DNA from: a virus
Taxonomy: Duplodnaviria; Caudoviricetes
Reading direction: 5' to 3' (one strand)
Virus record (IMG/VR): IMGVR_UViG_3300032163_000012
Location: 726 to 64,725 of that record
Length of the DNA stretch: 64,000 nucleotides
Both the position numbers and the translations under genes were made by a program. The notes beneath the pieces are model-generated. The model made no database searches, was not told the DNA's origin, and was given only the letters and a program-made list of their open reading frames with translations. Below are positions 57,801-63,702 of the stretch, piece after piece. Positions within the stretch are counted from its first letter, which is position 1, and every line of letters starts with the position of its first letter.

Positions 57801-59161
57801 GGTCTAGAATCAATAGTCGCGGCGGCGTGATTCGCGTGAACAGCGATTACCGTCTGCTGGAGCGCTCTGACACGCTCTCGAACGACACATACAGCGAAGC
57901 CAGCCTACTCTACTTGGCGCAGCATCGGCTTGCGCGCTGGTCCCTTGCCTTCTTCCGTACCACGGAGGCGTTTAACCGGGCGGTGACGTTCCTCGGTGCA
58001 TACCACCGGGCTAAGGACAAAGGCAAACTGCACGGCCCGGCGTTCGCCGAAGCCGAAGCCACGATGAAGTTCACGCAACACCCATACGGCAATGCGGACA
58101 ACGCCGAGATCCTGCGCAACGTCTACCTGCGGGTGCCGTTCCAGTTCAAGAAGTACATGGCGCAGCAGATCGCCTACGAGTTCGAGCTTGGCCGAAAATT
58201 CACCACAGGGAAATCAATCCATGATTCTCAAGTCGAAATACCGCGCGAAGCCCTATTGTGGAATCTCATGTCGGTATTCCTCGTCGCTGGCACGCTTGGG
58301 CTTCCGTTCATTGCGCTACTCGCCTCTATCATCAAGGGCGTCAGCGATTGGGATCCTCTCGATTGGATCAAGAGAAAAGCGCTTGAGGCACAGGCTTTGG
58401 GCAAGCTGGCAGCCGGCGCGGCCACTGTTGTCGCTCGCGGGCTCCCTGCTTGGGCTATTGGCGAGGACATGTCCGCCCGCGCCGGCATGGGCGAGCAGTT
58501 CACGCCGCAGCAGGCTACCGACCTACTCGGGCCGTGGTGGAGCACTATGGACAAAGCCCGCCAGCTCGGGGAGCTACAAGCCGGATTCGTTGACCAACTA
58601 GCGAACGTGAGTCCTGGCGCCGGCAAGCCGCTGAAGGCGATAGAGGCGATGGCGAACGGCATGCCGATCGCCATGTCCGTTACCGATACCAAGAGGTTCT
58701 ACGAGGCATTCGCCGACAACAAGATCGACTGGGTGAGCCCGTGGAAGAACCGGACGGACTTTGATGAGAACCAACTCTCAAAGGCCGATGTGGCGCGCAT
58801 GGCGTTCGGTTCCACTCCGACCAATGTTGCTATGGCACGCAGCGAGGTACAGGGGCTGGCCAAGGAAACCGCCTTGGAAAAGAAGAAAACACAGCTTTAC
58901 CTGAACAAGATTATCTCGGCGAACCGCGACTACGGGAGCGACGAGAAGAAGGACAAAGACGGGAAAACTAAACTGGATTATGCTCTCGACAAGATTGCGA
59001 ACGACGCTGAAAAGGCTGGCGTTTCTCTGTCTGAGCCAACGATCAAGAAAGCGCTCGCTGACGCACAGACGCCGCGGCTGCAGCGTGCTATCAAGGGGGC
59101 GCCAAACAAAATGCGCGGAGAGGCATCGTCGCGTTCTGAGTCGTTGCTGCAACAACAATAA
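45851..59161 (+). CDS. giant DarB-like polyvalent virion protein (4436 aa)
   Basis: InPase-like (YGYIKRTEGADGDQVDVY), N6-MTase (LEPSGG, NPPF), strawberry-notch SF2 helicase (GDGTGVGKGR, DEAH, SAT, QGLGRTHR), HEGVH metallopeptidase, EGRHR ParB-like module. Confidence 0.9.
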   Translation: MSVEAELSDGTILEFPDGTAPDVVRRTVKRQLGLAGPVKPAPAPAPTAEELAASKPARSTLTRGGQPVIQPATMPVITEPTGSVMDSFVARPQEQLANIAQSLPQTEIGNETTQREAVKTNDGQIALGTQASGPRVEIPRRRREATPAESVDAAVKLAADVERVRSAKYLTQPTIEEAAQSSLTRPLTEAEKPRASLRSLPGDIATAARQTPNAIAAGVSSFLQGGAPEDVFGSPDWKNEAIKEARYNAEQSSKSKDSQDKYVDFLGIKLNRNDVRTAPQNLAFSVVSMGASVLAGLGGSVVGALAGPVGSRVVGAAAAGGAGGAAAYRMDTNNFMRDLRQYMDKAAQGQLGRPLTDKEFIDVATAPSMHDAAKQIGLAIRSSKSGQALAQEHGLHEAGWEAIGNMIMLGAGKYIIKEALKGGILKPALGAVVGTAGEVGTEMPTQMGQHNVEVAAGMSREAPRSWTSASDWWKSFEEVAGPTILTTLAMGGMAGGGAVAARGVQRMDERLRPGAAIGRALEADIADRGMPPGAADAAARASLSLQPGTPGDLSAAMAHPGTLQEYIAERDAKAAEAAAVAAAAQPPVAPAPASAPVAEAQPPAGAPVEAPAAPAGTQADGELGTFTWIDGEVSRGTSEEGGTILKLGDQRIPVTPEDGTWGPAPEGENTPAKPVKVETAQHVDLASQGIAAAPTDAQKKAGTYQKGHIDLQGLKISLENARGSERTGIDADGERWSTVMPAAYGYIKRTEGADGDQVDVYVGDVPESQQVWIVDQIDPATGKFDEHKVMLGFTTKAHAVATYHTAFNDNSGPSRVGSVTGMSVQQFKDDFLKGHDLTKPFGYFEKRPAAPQPKEAPNAQTVRSDAGQVRQGGAEGQPGLQPGAEQGGGNLQQPSPSGTNVGRPPGGGAETVTAQRPVNEAGPPGTGGDASNQPVSQPQIGRNRFQLDRQLTALRLDHKKLVQGLPVAEDMAMNDRGASLTRLQAKIDTNQATQKEILSEIAALEPAEATAPEAKPTKAALIPTRTPSGGIEYVVQPLREGAAPETKIVPDEAPAFGESNKVFTKDAADKARELLRKKLGQVSMGLDPEIAQAGIQLAGYYIEGGARSFASYSAKMLADLGDMAKPYLKSWYAAVFYHPGMNTEGMEEPGSIKEAAAPAANVYNVGDKVIYRPMVGPSPMHATITRMTRDNDGTERIELSTGHRGIEAASDRLTRDVAAPAETKSPIGETFPLKSETNAPIGETFPLKSETNAPIGETFPLKSETNAPAAEMIAPTGSTNVPMQSTTPAPAGGMTVEKRQHTKTGADIWVVKGGARVSRSDYLTMNARAKRLGGGWSNYTKGFNFHSEAKANEFAGIKPTEQSAAPEMSEYESRAAWGDAETGQPFTAIAYRARNGIEEIPKEQRGFWAETEDGTAGYGYGKSGITSVFKDTVSVSNPLVVDDQMDAIIELFGKDSKEREGYFDAKDKGDDADRYADKVLAPAARAAGYDAIIYRQDTNLYGAPTRSIHVLGQETQNAKPDSAAMRLAERIKTEVIVGQDKINNVDLMRMAREEFGESFSPKEAYDAVEAGMNLYLRETPSLSDPTRAATAQQARIVVAKLRTATDFLPTQNVRDKEQEEYQQFSTPPAIAWLVNWVAQVRRGETALEPSGGLGGLAVFAEGAGAKVVINELSARRGAVLRDLFPDARIFTEDASQLNNVLPDDVKPTVVIMNPPFSATAGRIEGRRSNKEGLAHVDQALKRLEPGGRLVLLMGEGMALDLPGQREWWDKTRAEYNVRANIGIEGSAYMKYGTTFGVQLIVIDKTGPTTAEPVVAKDAVLGDVPALLEDLRDRPESGTTSEQPPAQPGSGEVAAGAVTQQGSNQPAGVGAVGAGERPGNQATKPGAADTGRSGTETPDVGARPAVAGAAVHPGSGRGESAGTVRSGKPTGPEGSGELAASDSVQQHGGESGLTVTSTTAAKNESDLSDSVYENYTPKRLKIEGAKPHPGKLVESAAMSAVDPPAPTYTPNLPREVITKGMLSIAQLEAVVYAGQAHSQMLPGTEGKQQRRGFFIGDGTGVGKGREIGGIILDNMRQGRKKAVWISEKQGLHLDAQRDFEGVGGNPATIFRQGATSAKNAITAKSGILFSTYSMLRSGEKKQATDKQEKGKSRIDQLVDWLGEGFDGVLVFDEAHNMANAVQQRGARGVKAPSKMAIAALNLQARLPQARVVYVSATGATEVQNLAYAARLGLWGEGTPFAGRDEFLNQIDAGGVAVMELVAQNMKALGVYMSRSLSYDGVSYDRLEHKLEPIQRELYNKLADTWQLVLRRVNQALGDTGQDKSGNAKGAAMSRFWGAHQRFFNQIITAIQMPTIIANAKAAIEAGDAVVMQLVNTNEAEQERQAARAEIEGEELEELEFGPMDSLIEFVTAGFPVQQYVEADDGNGNVISVPATDAAGNPVINRDAVASRDALIAELQSMKRTSAIPGNPIDLVIEEFGPEAVAEITGRKRRFVRIKGESGEYVMTEQKRGAAAAQNDAKAFMEDKKRVLIFSDAGGTGFSFQSDLGTKNQRLRHHYLVQPGWRADKAVQGLGRTHRTNEANQPKYLLPTTDLKAQKRFISSVARRLDQLGALTKGQRQTGSQGLFSAKDNLESQYSTAAVTTLFEDMHGGRTPLDFTDVTAQMGLDMIDPRTGALSRDKIPTVPRFLNRLLSMRMETQDQVFEEFIRRMEEAVENAIAAGHYNDGMETVRAQKVAITRVEVVHTDERSGAETKYYDLELTHPNIINKFDAVQDKIAAEEESAPPGVTRDHFFYRNEKSGKVFAIIERGQRVNAQGHPFTRGSRWGVTGLPRYVDNVEGVKSGSTGYGEREITYTKLTEAQAQEAWKKELAKAPPTYTDHLHMIAGAILPVWNRITGDNARVVRTQTEDGTRLIGRVVPIGQLKDTLRNLGVGSTVAKLPAADIFKRVMAGERGLLADGSTLVTVNLLGSKRVELKAPHGMTSAKSRQLTEQGAQIERHQWTERAFIPNGDVLERILETTPIVELGAEGGEKYSLGTGERPAANVASEVRRIAEEMFPKANLAMVDRLFGEGPAVVRSGAPSEARIEAAGKYNTGRQLMTVAMNYEDPTKTIRHEGVHALYDMGMFKEAEWTILQRESTNRWMKEHNVPDNEEGIAKAFQFYRAGGKFAGPVGRAFDRIRDFLQRIGNALRGLGYQNVDDIFKRIESGEVGAAVRPGSMADLASMTLESYAKMPLSYRMAVRDDLNAVLEKFSAAGGVAQKSAAAMFNQEQIDAASQTKWKSREKLVDMPIADFLRLAAQGESEFKRKRVQEVLDRGDKFSDLPYLLVKTEGGNVVVMGQGESHEGRHRARALQKLGYTTIPVVIKGDIRWSEQTDSKLFDYKAQWPNKLVGQSGESVPFPVMREDAAANYSKHPDVRYSLGSDLPDNIAVIQKQTGNDVLPTTRFAANPRNAFFGEPVLRELQKFATHIETQIARTAKSFSDEYHGIRKKLNKSERDTLDDVLWVGEADEVEFTEQQLREDIGWTDPKLIKAYKDFRSLVEKMGRFVDMHRRSMKFEYTERKKKVLVRMANLRVMDVAEFRSLYGRRLRLRGKVRDGDVDPATLAALDAIEEQMQIIREETDEYQDLVKEIDRIDGILAETSIRTKVGYMPHKFFGTWATYRLVEEPVLDKEGKPTMDPGTGEPVTETVHKLVAGEHGFYPNQKAAVTAAERASALAPDDQFEVRAVQFKFPNAAATTLTDASFWTFLGKFSAATSLHGQDLRDATEGIARRRFRRRIAGFTQKRTGVEGFSKAMDRVMLSHIGEVTRYVFLDKFKYRAISDMEKLKMSPFQSQDTKHPTLSKMVEAYIRDMNGQKQPMEKSVDESLDWIASRPWAKAAFVGLPASAAGASLMFGISTNPLVAAAVSGYVGWRLYSSISRDTEFKSRALTQDLLGDMAHAKLGAFFNLASGIVNLTQTPINTLPVLGPKYTMIGMQKLAGALWSRINSRGGVIRVNSDYRLLERSDTLSNDTYSEASLLYLAQHRLARWSLAFFRTTEAFNRAVTFLGAYHRAKDKGKLHGPAFAEAEATMKFTQHPYGNADNAEILRNVYLRVPFQFKKYMAQQIAYEFELGRKFTTGKSIHDSQVEIPREALLWNLMSVFLVAGTLGLPFIALLASIIKGVSDWDPLDWIKRKALEAQALGKLAAGAATVVARGLPAWAIGEDMSARAGMGEQFTPQQATDLLGPWWSTMDKARQLGELQAGFVDQLANVSPGAGKPLKAIEAMANGMPIAMSVTDTKRFYEAFADNKIDWVSPWKNRTDFDENQLSKADVARMAFGSTPTNVAMARSEVQGLAKETALEKKKTQLYLNKIISANRDYGSDEKKDKDGKTKLDYALDKIANDAEKAGVSLSEPTIKKALADAQTPRLQRAIKGAPNKMRGEASSRSESLLQQQ
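48423..48671 (+). CDS. candidate nested gene 1 (82 aa, +1 frame inside giant gene)
   Basis: AAGGAGG RBS 6 nt before ATG; G/C-ending codons shift to this frame. Confidence 0.6.
   Translation: MPKQYEAMRDKFAKGAPKDSPAYNQAQSKAAAIYNSRHQAAPMSAAHPEGAPKQSPRSGLSTKLGRPAPAGMPAISQFHSRK
49524..49653 (+). repeat. 42-bp tandem repeat x3 in giant gene
   Basis: CGCCAATCGGTGAGACATTCCCGCTGAAATCTGAAACGAACG, three exact copies. Confidence 0.95.
51342..51707 (+). CDS. candidate nested gene 2 (121 aa, +1 frame inside giant gene)
   Basis: GGAGG RBS 6 nt before GTG; amphipathic helical product; codon bias in this frame. Confidence 0.6.
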   Translation: MIDLKAVQRVNNHPLNRAAGKWLPARLRNKDQINLLALAQWGLENGLEIKPPSPEQPTLDEVEQKLQMLARGQPLQALQFIQEVDGEKVLEPSDLESQPDRKEAASLLLQTLYSNMVASRA

Positions 59162-59179
59162 ACAAAATGGGGATACGTC

Positions 59180-59452
59180 ATGTCTAACATCATTAGTTGC
59201 GAGCCGAACCAAGAAAACTGCCCTTACCTGGAGAAATCAGCCGAGATTGCGGTGAAAAGGGTATTCGCAATTCTCGGCGTTAACATTGATGTCCCGAAGG
59301 ATGTCGAGGAATTCCGGGAAAATCTGCGATTCGGAGCAACACTACGCCGCGCAGCAGACAGGGGTTTGTTCGCATTCATTACCGTGCTCGTTGGTGCGAT
59401 CGCGGTAGCGCTTTGGGCCGGGATTGTGTCAAAGATTACCGGGCACTCGTAG
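59180..59452 (+). CDS. single-TM membrane protein (holin/antiholin candidate)
   Basis: C-terminal GLFAFITVLVGAIAVALWAGIV; start of lysis cassette. Confidence 0.55.
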   Translation: MSNIISCEPNQENCPYLEKSAEIAVKRVFAILGVNIDVPKDVEEFRENLRFGATLRRAADRGLFAFITVLVGAIAVALWAGIVSKITGHS

Positions 59453-59461
59453 GAGATAGCC

Positions 59462-59797
59462 ATGAACGATCGTCGCCAGCCGTTTCAAGTTGACGAGGCG
59501 AAGTTTTCAACCCAGAAGGGGGTGACGTACATCCTCCTGTTTATCTTCGCGTCTGTCACGGCAAACGTACTCTCCGGGCAGGACCAGGCCGAGCGGTCCA
59601 CAATTCTGCAGACGGTAATCAACCTGACGTTGCTCGCCGTCGGCTACTGGCTGGGATCGAGCAAGGCGGCCACCGACACCAATGCGGCGATGGGCAGGAT
59701 CGCGCAAGGCTCCGCGCCGGCCGCCGCAGCAGCCGTGGCAGCGGCCACCGGGATGCCAACCCCTCCGGCGCCACCGGACGAGGAACCAAAACCGTGA
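59462..59797 (+). CDS. holin candidate (2 TM)
   Basis: two hydrophobic segments ending VGYWLGSS; coupled to endolysin. Confidence 0.65.
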   Translation: MNDRRQPFQVDEAKFSTQKGVTYILLFIFASVTANVLSGQDQAERSTILQTVINLTLLAVGYWLGSSKAATDTNAAMGRIAQGSAPAAAAAVAAATGMPTPPAPPDEEPKP

Positions 59798-60249
59798 GGA
59801 TCTCAGACCACTTCACGCTGGAGGAGCTTTCCGTCACCGAGCACCGTGACCTGATCGACGACAACCTGGCTTGGGCGCAGAAGCATATCGACAACCTGGA
59901 TCGCCTGGTCGTGATCGCGCTGGAGCCCGTGCGCGCGCTATTGGGTGTTCCAATGCACGTAAATTCCGGCGTGCGCTGCCCGGAACTGAACAAGATCGTG
60001 GGCGGATCGCCAACGTCGGCGCACCCGGAGGGGCGCGCGTGCGACTTCACTGCTGCCGGATACGGGCCGCCCTTGGAGATCTGCCGGGTGATCTACTCGT
60101 CCGGTATCCGGTTCGACCAACTCATCTGGGAGGGGCGGTGGGTGCACATCGGGATCGCCAGGGCCGCCGAGGCGCCGCGGTTCCAGGTGCTCACGGCGCA
60201 TTTCAGGAAAGGCCAGCCGACCACCTACACGCCAGGCTTGCCGCCTTGA
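59794..60249 (+). CDS. endolysin, peptidase M15A family
   Basis: HFTLEEL, SGVRCPELNKIVGGSPTSAHPEGRACD, WVHIG. Confidence 0.9.
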   Translation: MRISDHFTLEELSVTEHRDLIDDNLAWAQKHIDNLDRLVVIALEPVRALLGVPMHVNSGVRCPELNKIVGGSPTSAHPEGRACDFTAAGYGPPLEICRVIYSSGIRFDQLIWEGRWVHIGIARAAEAPRFQVLTAHFRKGQPTTYTPGLPP

Positions 60250-60314
60250 GGGTAAAGGCGTAAGCTAATTTCAGCCGGAGACGGCCTTAACCCCAACCAC
60301 CAAGGAGAACGCAT

Positions 60315-60686
60315 GTGAACAGATTTCGATTATGGATCGCGCTACTCGCTCTGACCGTTCTGACCGGATTCGGCTGCGCTACAACGCCGCAGTCCGCGCA
60401 GCAGTCAGTCTACTCGGCGAAGTCGAACTACGCCGTTGCCCTGGCCGTCGCCGTGGCCTACAAGAAACTGCCGGTGTGCGCGCCGGCCGCTCCGCCTTTA
60501 TGCTCCAAACCCGACATCGTAGCTACTTTGCAGAAGGTGGACACGGCATCGAGCGCGTTGCTCAATGCGGCCGAGAACACTGTGCGAACGCAGGGGGCCG
60601 GGGCTAACGCGCAGACGGCGATCAAGGCGGCAGAGCAAGCGGTGTCTGCCTTCGCAACCATTACCGCTGCTTTAGCGGTCAAGTGA
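60315..60686 (+). CDS. lipoprotein (spanin-like candidate)
   Basis: signal peptide ending TGFGC; helical; follows endolysin. Confidence 0.6.
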   Translation: MNRFRLWIALLALTVLTGFGCATTPQSAQQSVYSAKSNYAVALAVAVAYKKLPVCAPAAPPLCSKPDIVATLQKVDTASSALLNAAENTVRTQGAGANAQTAIKAAEQAVSAFATITAALAVK

Positions 60687-60901
60687 CGGAGGCTGACATG
60701 CAAGCGCTTCTCTACGCAACGCAACTCCTGGGCATGCTGCCCTCGCTCCTGGCCGCGGGCAAGAACGTGGCCGACCTGGTTCAGTCCGGCAATGCAGCCC
60801 TCAAGGCCATGGCCGACGAGAACCGGGATCCGACGCCGGCCGAGTGGGACGCCCTCAACGCCAAGATCAAGGCGCTGCAGGACGAGCTTCACGCTCCCTG
60901 A
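60683..60901 (+). CDS. hypothetical partner of the lipoprotein
   Basis: GTGA overlap; RDPTPAEWDAL. Confidence 0.6.
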   Translation: MTEADMQALLYATQLLGMLPSLLAAGKNVADLVQSGNAALKAMADENRDPTPAEWDALNAKIKALQDELHAP

Positions 60902-60918
60902 TCGATCGGCACCAAAGG

Positions 60919-60944
60919 AAAGGGCGCTTGATGCGCCCTTTTTT
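60919..60944. terminator. terminator between convergent operons, probably bidirectional
   Basis: AAAGGGCGC-TTGAT-GCGCCCTTT plus T-tract. Confidence 0.85.
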
Positions 60945-61260
60945 ATTTGCCGTTGATAACCAGCTTCAATGGCGGACCGTGAATTACCGTGTCGCGCTCC
61001 CGCTTGATCCTGGTCAGGTGGCCGCGGACGGCGCGGTAAGATCGCTCCAGCCGATCGTAGGCTGCAGACTTCTCCTCGTGCCAGCGTTTGTACCGTTCCT
61101 TTTCCTCAATCAGCGCGGTGTGGCTCTTGGCCATCGCCTCAGTTGCGTCGGCGATGCGCAGCGTGGCTCCGAGCGTAATCTGCTCGATCGACAAAGCATC
61201 GGAACTGGACGTGCCCCAGTTCGACCGGCTTTCCTTCGCGTAGCTGCGGTGCTCGCCCAT
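60943..61260 (-). CDS. hypothetical protein
   Basis: last gene of leftward operon. Confidence 0.65.
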   Translation of the reverse strand: MGEHRSYAKESRSNWGTSSSDALSIEQITLGATLRIADATEAMAKSHTALIEEKERYKRWHEEKSAAYDRLERSYRAVRGHLTRIKRERDTVIHGPPLKLVINGK

Positions 61261-61261
61261 G

Positions 61262-61672
61262 TCAGAACGGGATATCGTCTTTCGGCATCTTCTCGATCAG
61301 GCCGCGCAGCGATACGGCTGTAATCACGCCCTCGCCGTCGGTGCGCACGAACCTGAATGCGTGGTCAGCGTATTCAATGCGCCAGCCAGCGAATAGCTTG
61401 AGTGATCCTTCGAGCGCGAACAGCTTCTCCTGGTCGGCGATCGCCTCGTCCTGCGATTGCTTCATCGCGCGCCACGTGTCCATGTCGTCGGCGCATATCG
61501 ACGCTTCCATGATATTCTCGGCTTCGTGCCCAGCGGCATGCGCATGCTCTACCCAGTAGCGCACCACATGCACGCCGATCGGATCCTTGGCGCGCAGCAC
61601 GAAGAAAGGCTCGTCCGGCGCGATCTTCTCCATGCAATCGAATTGCCCAGCGTTTTGCTTCGTTCCCATCAT
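61262..61672 (-). CDS. phage hypothetical protein with DDIPF tail
   Basis: AAGGAG RBS; PDEPFFVLRAKDP; ends DDIPF. Confidence 0.7.
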   Translation of the reverse strand: MMGTKQNAGQFDCMEKIAPDEPFFVLRAKDPIGVHVVRYWVEHAHAAGHEAENIMEASICADDMDTWRAMKQSQDEAIADQEKLFALEGSLKLFAGWRIEYADHAFRFVRTDGEGVITAVSLRGLIEKMPKDDIPF

Positions 61673-61986
61673 GCTCTCCTTGTTGCCCAGTATTTGTACG
61701 AGCGCCGCTTGCCCTCGCGCTGCACGTGTTTGTATTCCAGCAGATCCAGAAGGGAGTGCGCGGCGCGCATCCGTTCCGCTGGTGTGATGTGGCACAGCTT
61801 CACGATGCCGCGCCAGTCGATCTTGTCGCCATGCTTAACCAGCGCGTTGTAGATTCGCTCCGGCATGGCGCCGGCCTTGCGCGGGTGGTAGCGCGGCAGC
61901 TTCGTGTCAAGCTCGTTTTCAAGCTGCATCCTCAGCCCGCCGATGACCTGGGCGAGATTGGTTCCAACCTCCACCCACATGGTCAC
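61669..61986 (-). CDS. hypothetical protein, possibly winged helix
   Basis: coupled ORF. Confidence 0.55.
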   Translation of the reverse strand: MTMWVEVGTNLAQVIGGLRMQLENELDTKLPRYHPRKAGAMPERIYNALVKHGDKIDWRGIVKLCHITPAERMRAAHSLLDLLEYKHVQREGKRRSYKYWATRRA

Positions 61987-62240
61987 TCGGCCTCGTTGAT
62001 GTATTTCCCGTCGTACAACTTGACGATGCGCTGCTGGAAGAACTTGCCGGCGCTGACTGCTTCCCTCATTGCTTGGTACAGGTCGGCGGGGAAATTCGCA
62101 TACGAGTACAATTTTTTGCCGTGCACAAATCTGATGTACAGCGCTTTTGTTTCCTCGCTGTAGCCGTAGCTCTGGATTACCTTAGAGTCTGGGCACAGCG
62201 TCATTGCGGGGTATTGTGATGCTGCCTTTCCGTTTTCCAT
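61983..62240 (-). CDS. KTSC-domain protein
   Basis: SKVIQSYGY...LYIRF..G..YSY..FP...Y......SAGKFF. Confidence 0.85.
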   Translation of the reverse strand: MENGKAASQYPAMTLCPDSKVIQSYGYSEETKALYIRFVHGKKLYSYANFPADLYQAMREAVSAGKFFQQRIVKLYDGKYINEAE

Positions 62241-62857
62241 TATTCTCTCCAAGTTCGTTCAGTGGCGGCGCACTGAGCAGCGCTTTGCGACACGCCGCGC
62301 ATGCGCGCCCAAGCAGTTATATTGCCGCCTAAAGCGCGCACCGCTCGCGCCTCGCGCGCCAATTCAATACTCATAACTACGCGGCGCGTATTGCGACCCT
62401 GCTCCGTATCCGTTCCCCAAATGCAATTGCCTTTCGAGTAGCCGAGGTCGTTGTTCTTGCGCTCGATGGTCAGTCCGGGCGGACATGAACCCATGTCGCG
62501 GTAGAATGCCTGGAACGAATCGCGCCACTCGTCACAGACGGTGATTCCGCGTCCACCATAATGCTTGAAACGTGGGTTGTTCTTGTTATAGCAGCGAGCT
62601 TTCATTCCGCACCAGACTGCATATTCATCGCTGTCACGCATGCCGTGAGTTTGCAATCGAGTGAGATTGCTCTCCACTCGCAGACACCCGCATGATCTTG
62701 TAACACCCCTCCGTACAGAGGAGCCAAGAGCCTCCAATTTATTTCCGCAGTCGCACCCAAATATCCATCTGGCTTGTTTGCGCGAGTCTATGCCAGAGAT
62801 CCGAACGCCTATCAGGCGCCCGAATCTTTTCCCCTCCATGTCGACGCGCTGAGACAT
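62240..62857 (-). CDS. HNH-type homing endonuclease
   Basis: GKRFGRL, CDCGN, SCGC, YGGRGITVCDEW, TIERKNNDLGYSKGNCIW. Confidence 0.85.
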   Translation of the reverse strand: MSQRVDMEGKRFGRLIGVRISGIDSRKQARWIFGCDCGNKLEALGSSVRRGVTRSCGCLRVESNLTRLQTHGMRDSDEYAVWCGMKARCYNKNNPRFKHYGGRGITVCDEWRDSFQAFYRDMGSCPPGLTIERKNNDLGYSKGNCIWGTDTEQGRNTRRVVMSIELAREARAVRALGGNITAWARMRGVSQSAAQCAATERTWRE

Positions 62858-63700
62858 TTATTCAGGCGTGCCCCACAAGATTTTGGTGTTCGCCGTGGTT
62901 TCTATTTCGTCCAACAGCGCCGCGAATGCTGTCTCTATGGTCTTGTTTGGCCGAACTAGATCATAGTGAATCTTGAGCGATCCATTGTTCAGGCGATAAC
63001 GGAAACGCGCTTCGACGATGTATTTCGGCGCATCACGTCCTTTGAACACCGGCACACTAATCTCGAAGCGCTCTGGTATGGTCAGCGTTTCACCAGTAGC
63101 CATTGTGGACGTTCCCTCCACACTGTTCGAGTATTCGAGCACGATGTCACCATCGTTCAGGCGTACTTTCTTGCCAAATACCTGCCCTTGGCGGATTCTC
63201 ATATTCAGGGCCACGTCCATGAATTTCGCCGGCTCTGGCGCTACGATGTCGAATAGGTTTTCTTCTAGCCAGGCGGCAAACACGTCGTTACCGTCGAACT
63301 GTTTCCCGCTCTTACCGGCCCATGTGTTCCACTCGTCGGAGTGCGTGAGCGCGTAGAGGGCGCGGTGATCGCGCCAGTCCGGATGCTCGCGGTAATGCTC
63401 GTTCAGCACCGCAAGGAACTGCGCCGGGACCATGGACCCGTAGATATACGACCCGGGCTGATCGCCCTGGCGCTTCCAGTATTCGAGGAAGCTGGCCGTA
63501 TCCGACAACTTGACTGTGCCGGCGCGACGCAGCGGGAAGGCCGGACGCTCCAGGTACTCTAGGCTGGACCCTTCCGGCACCACGGCGTAGGCGCGGCCGT
63601 GCGGTTCCGGGTTTTTCTTCGGATCCGCGATTGCGGCTCCGGCGTGCAGCGCGGTGTAGACGATGTTGCTGCCTACCTCGCCATAATCGATGTCTGCCAT
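62858..63700 (-). CDS. DUF2303 (YfdQ-like) protein
   Basis: SDEWNTW, FAAWLEEN..DI, IPERFEISVPVF, ARFRYR. Confidence 0.85.
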   Translation of the reverse strand: MADIDYGEVGSNIVYTALHAGAAIADPKKNPEPHGRAYAVVPEGSSLEYLERPAFPLRRAGTVKLSDTASFLEYWKRQGDQPGSYIYGSMVPAQFLAVLNEHYREHPDWRDHRALYALTHSDEWNTWAGKSGKQFDGNDVFAAWLEENLFDIVAPEPAKFMDVALNMRIRQGQVFGKKVRLNDGDIVLEYSNSVEGTSTMATGETLTIPERFEISVPVFKGRDAPKYIVEARFRYRLNNGSLKIHYDLVRPNKTIETAFAALLDEIETTANTKILWGTPE

Positions 63701-63702
63701 TT

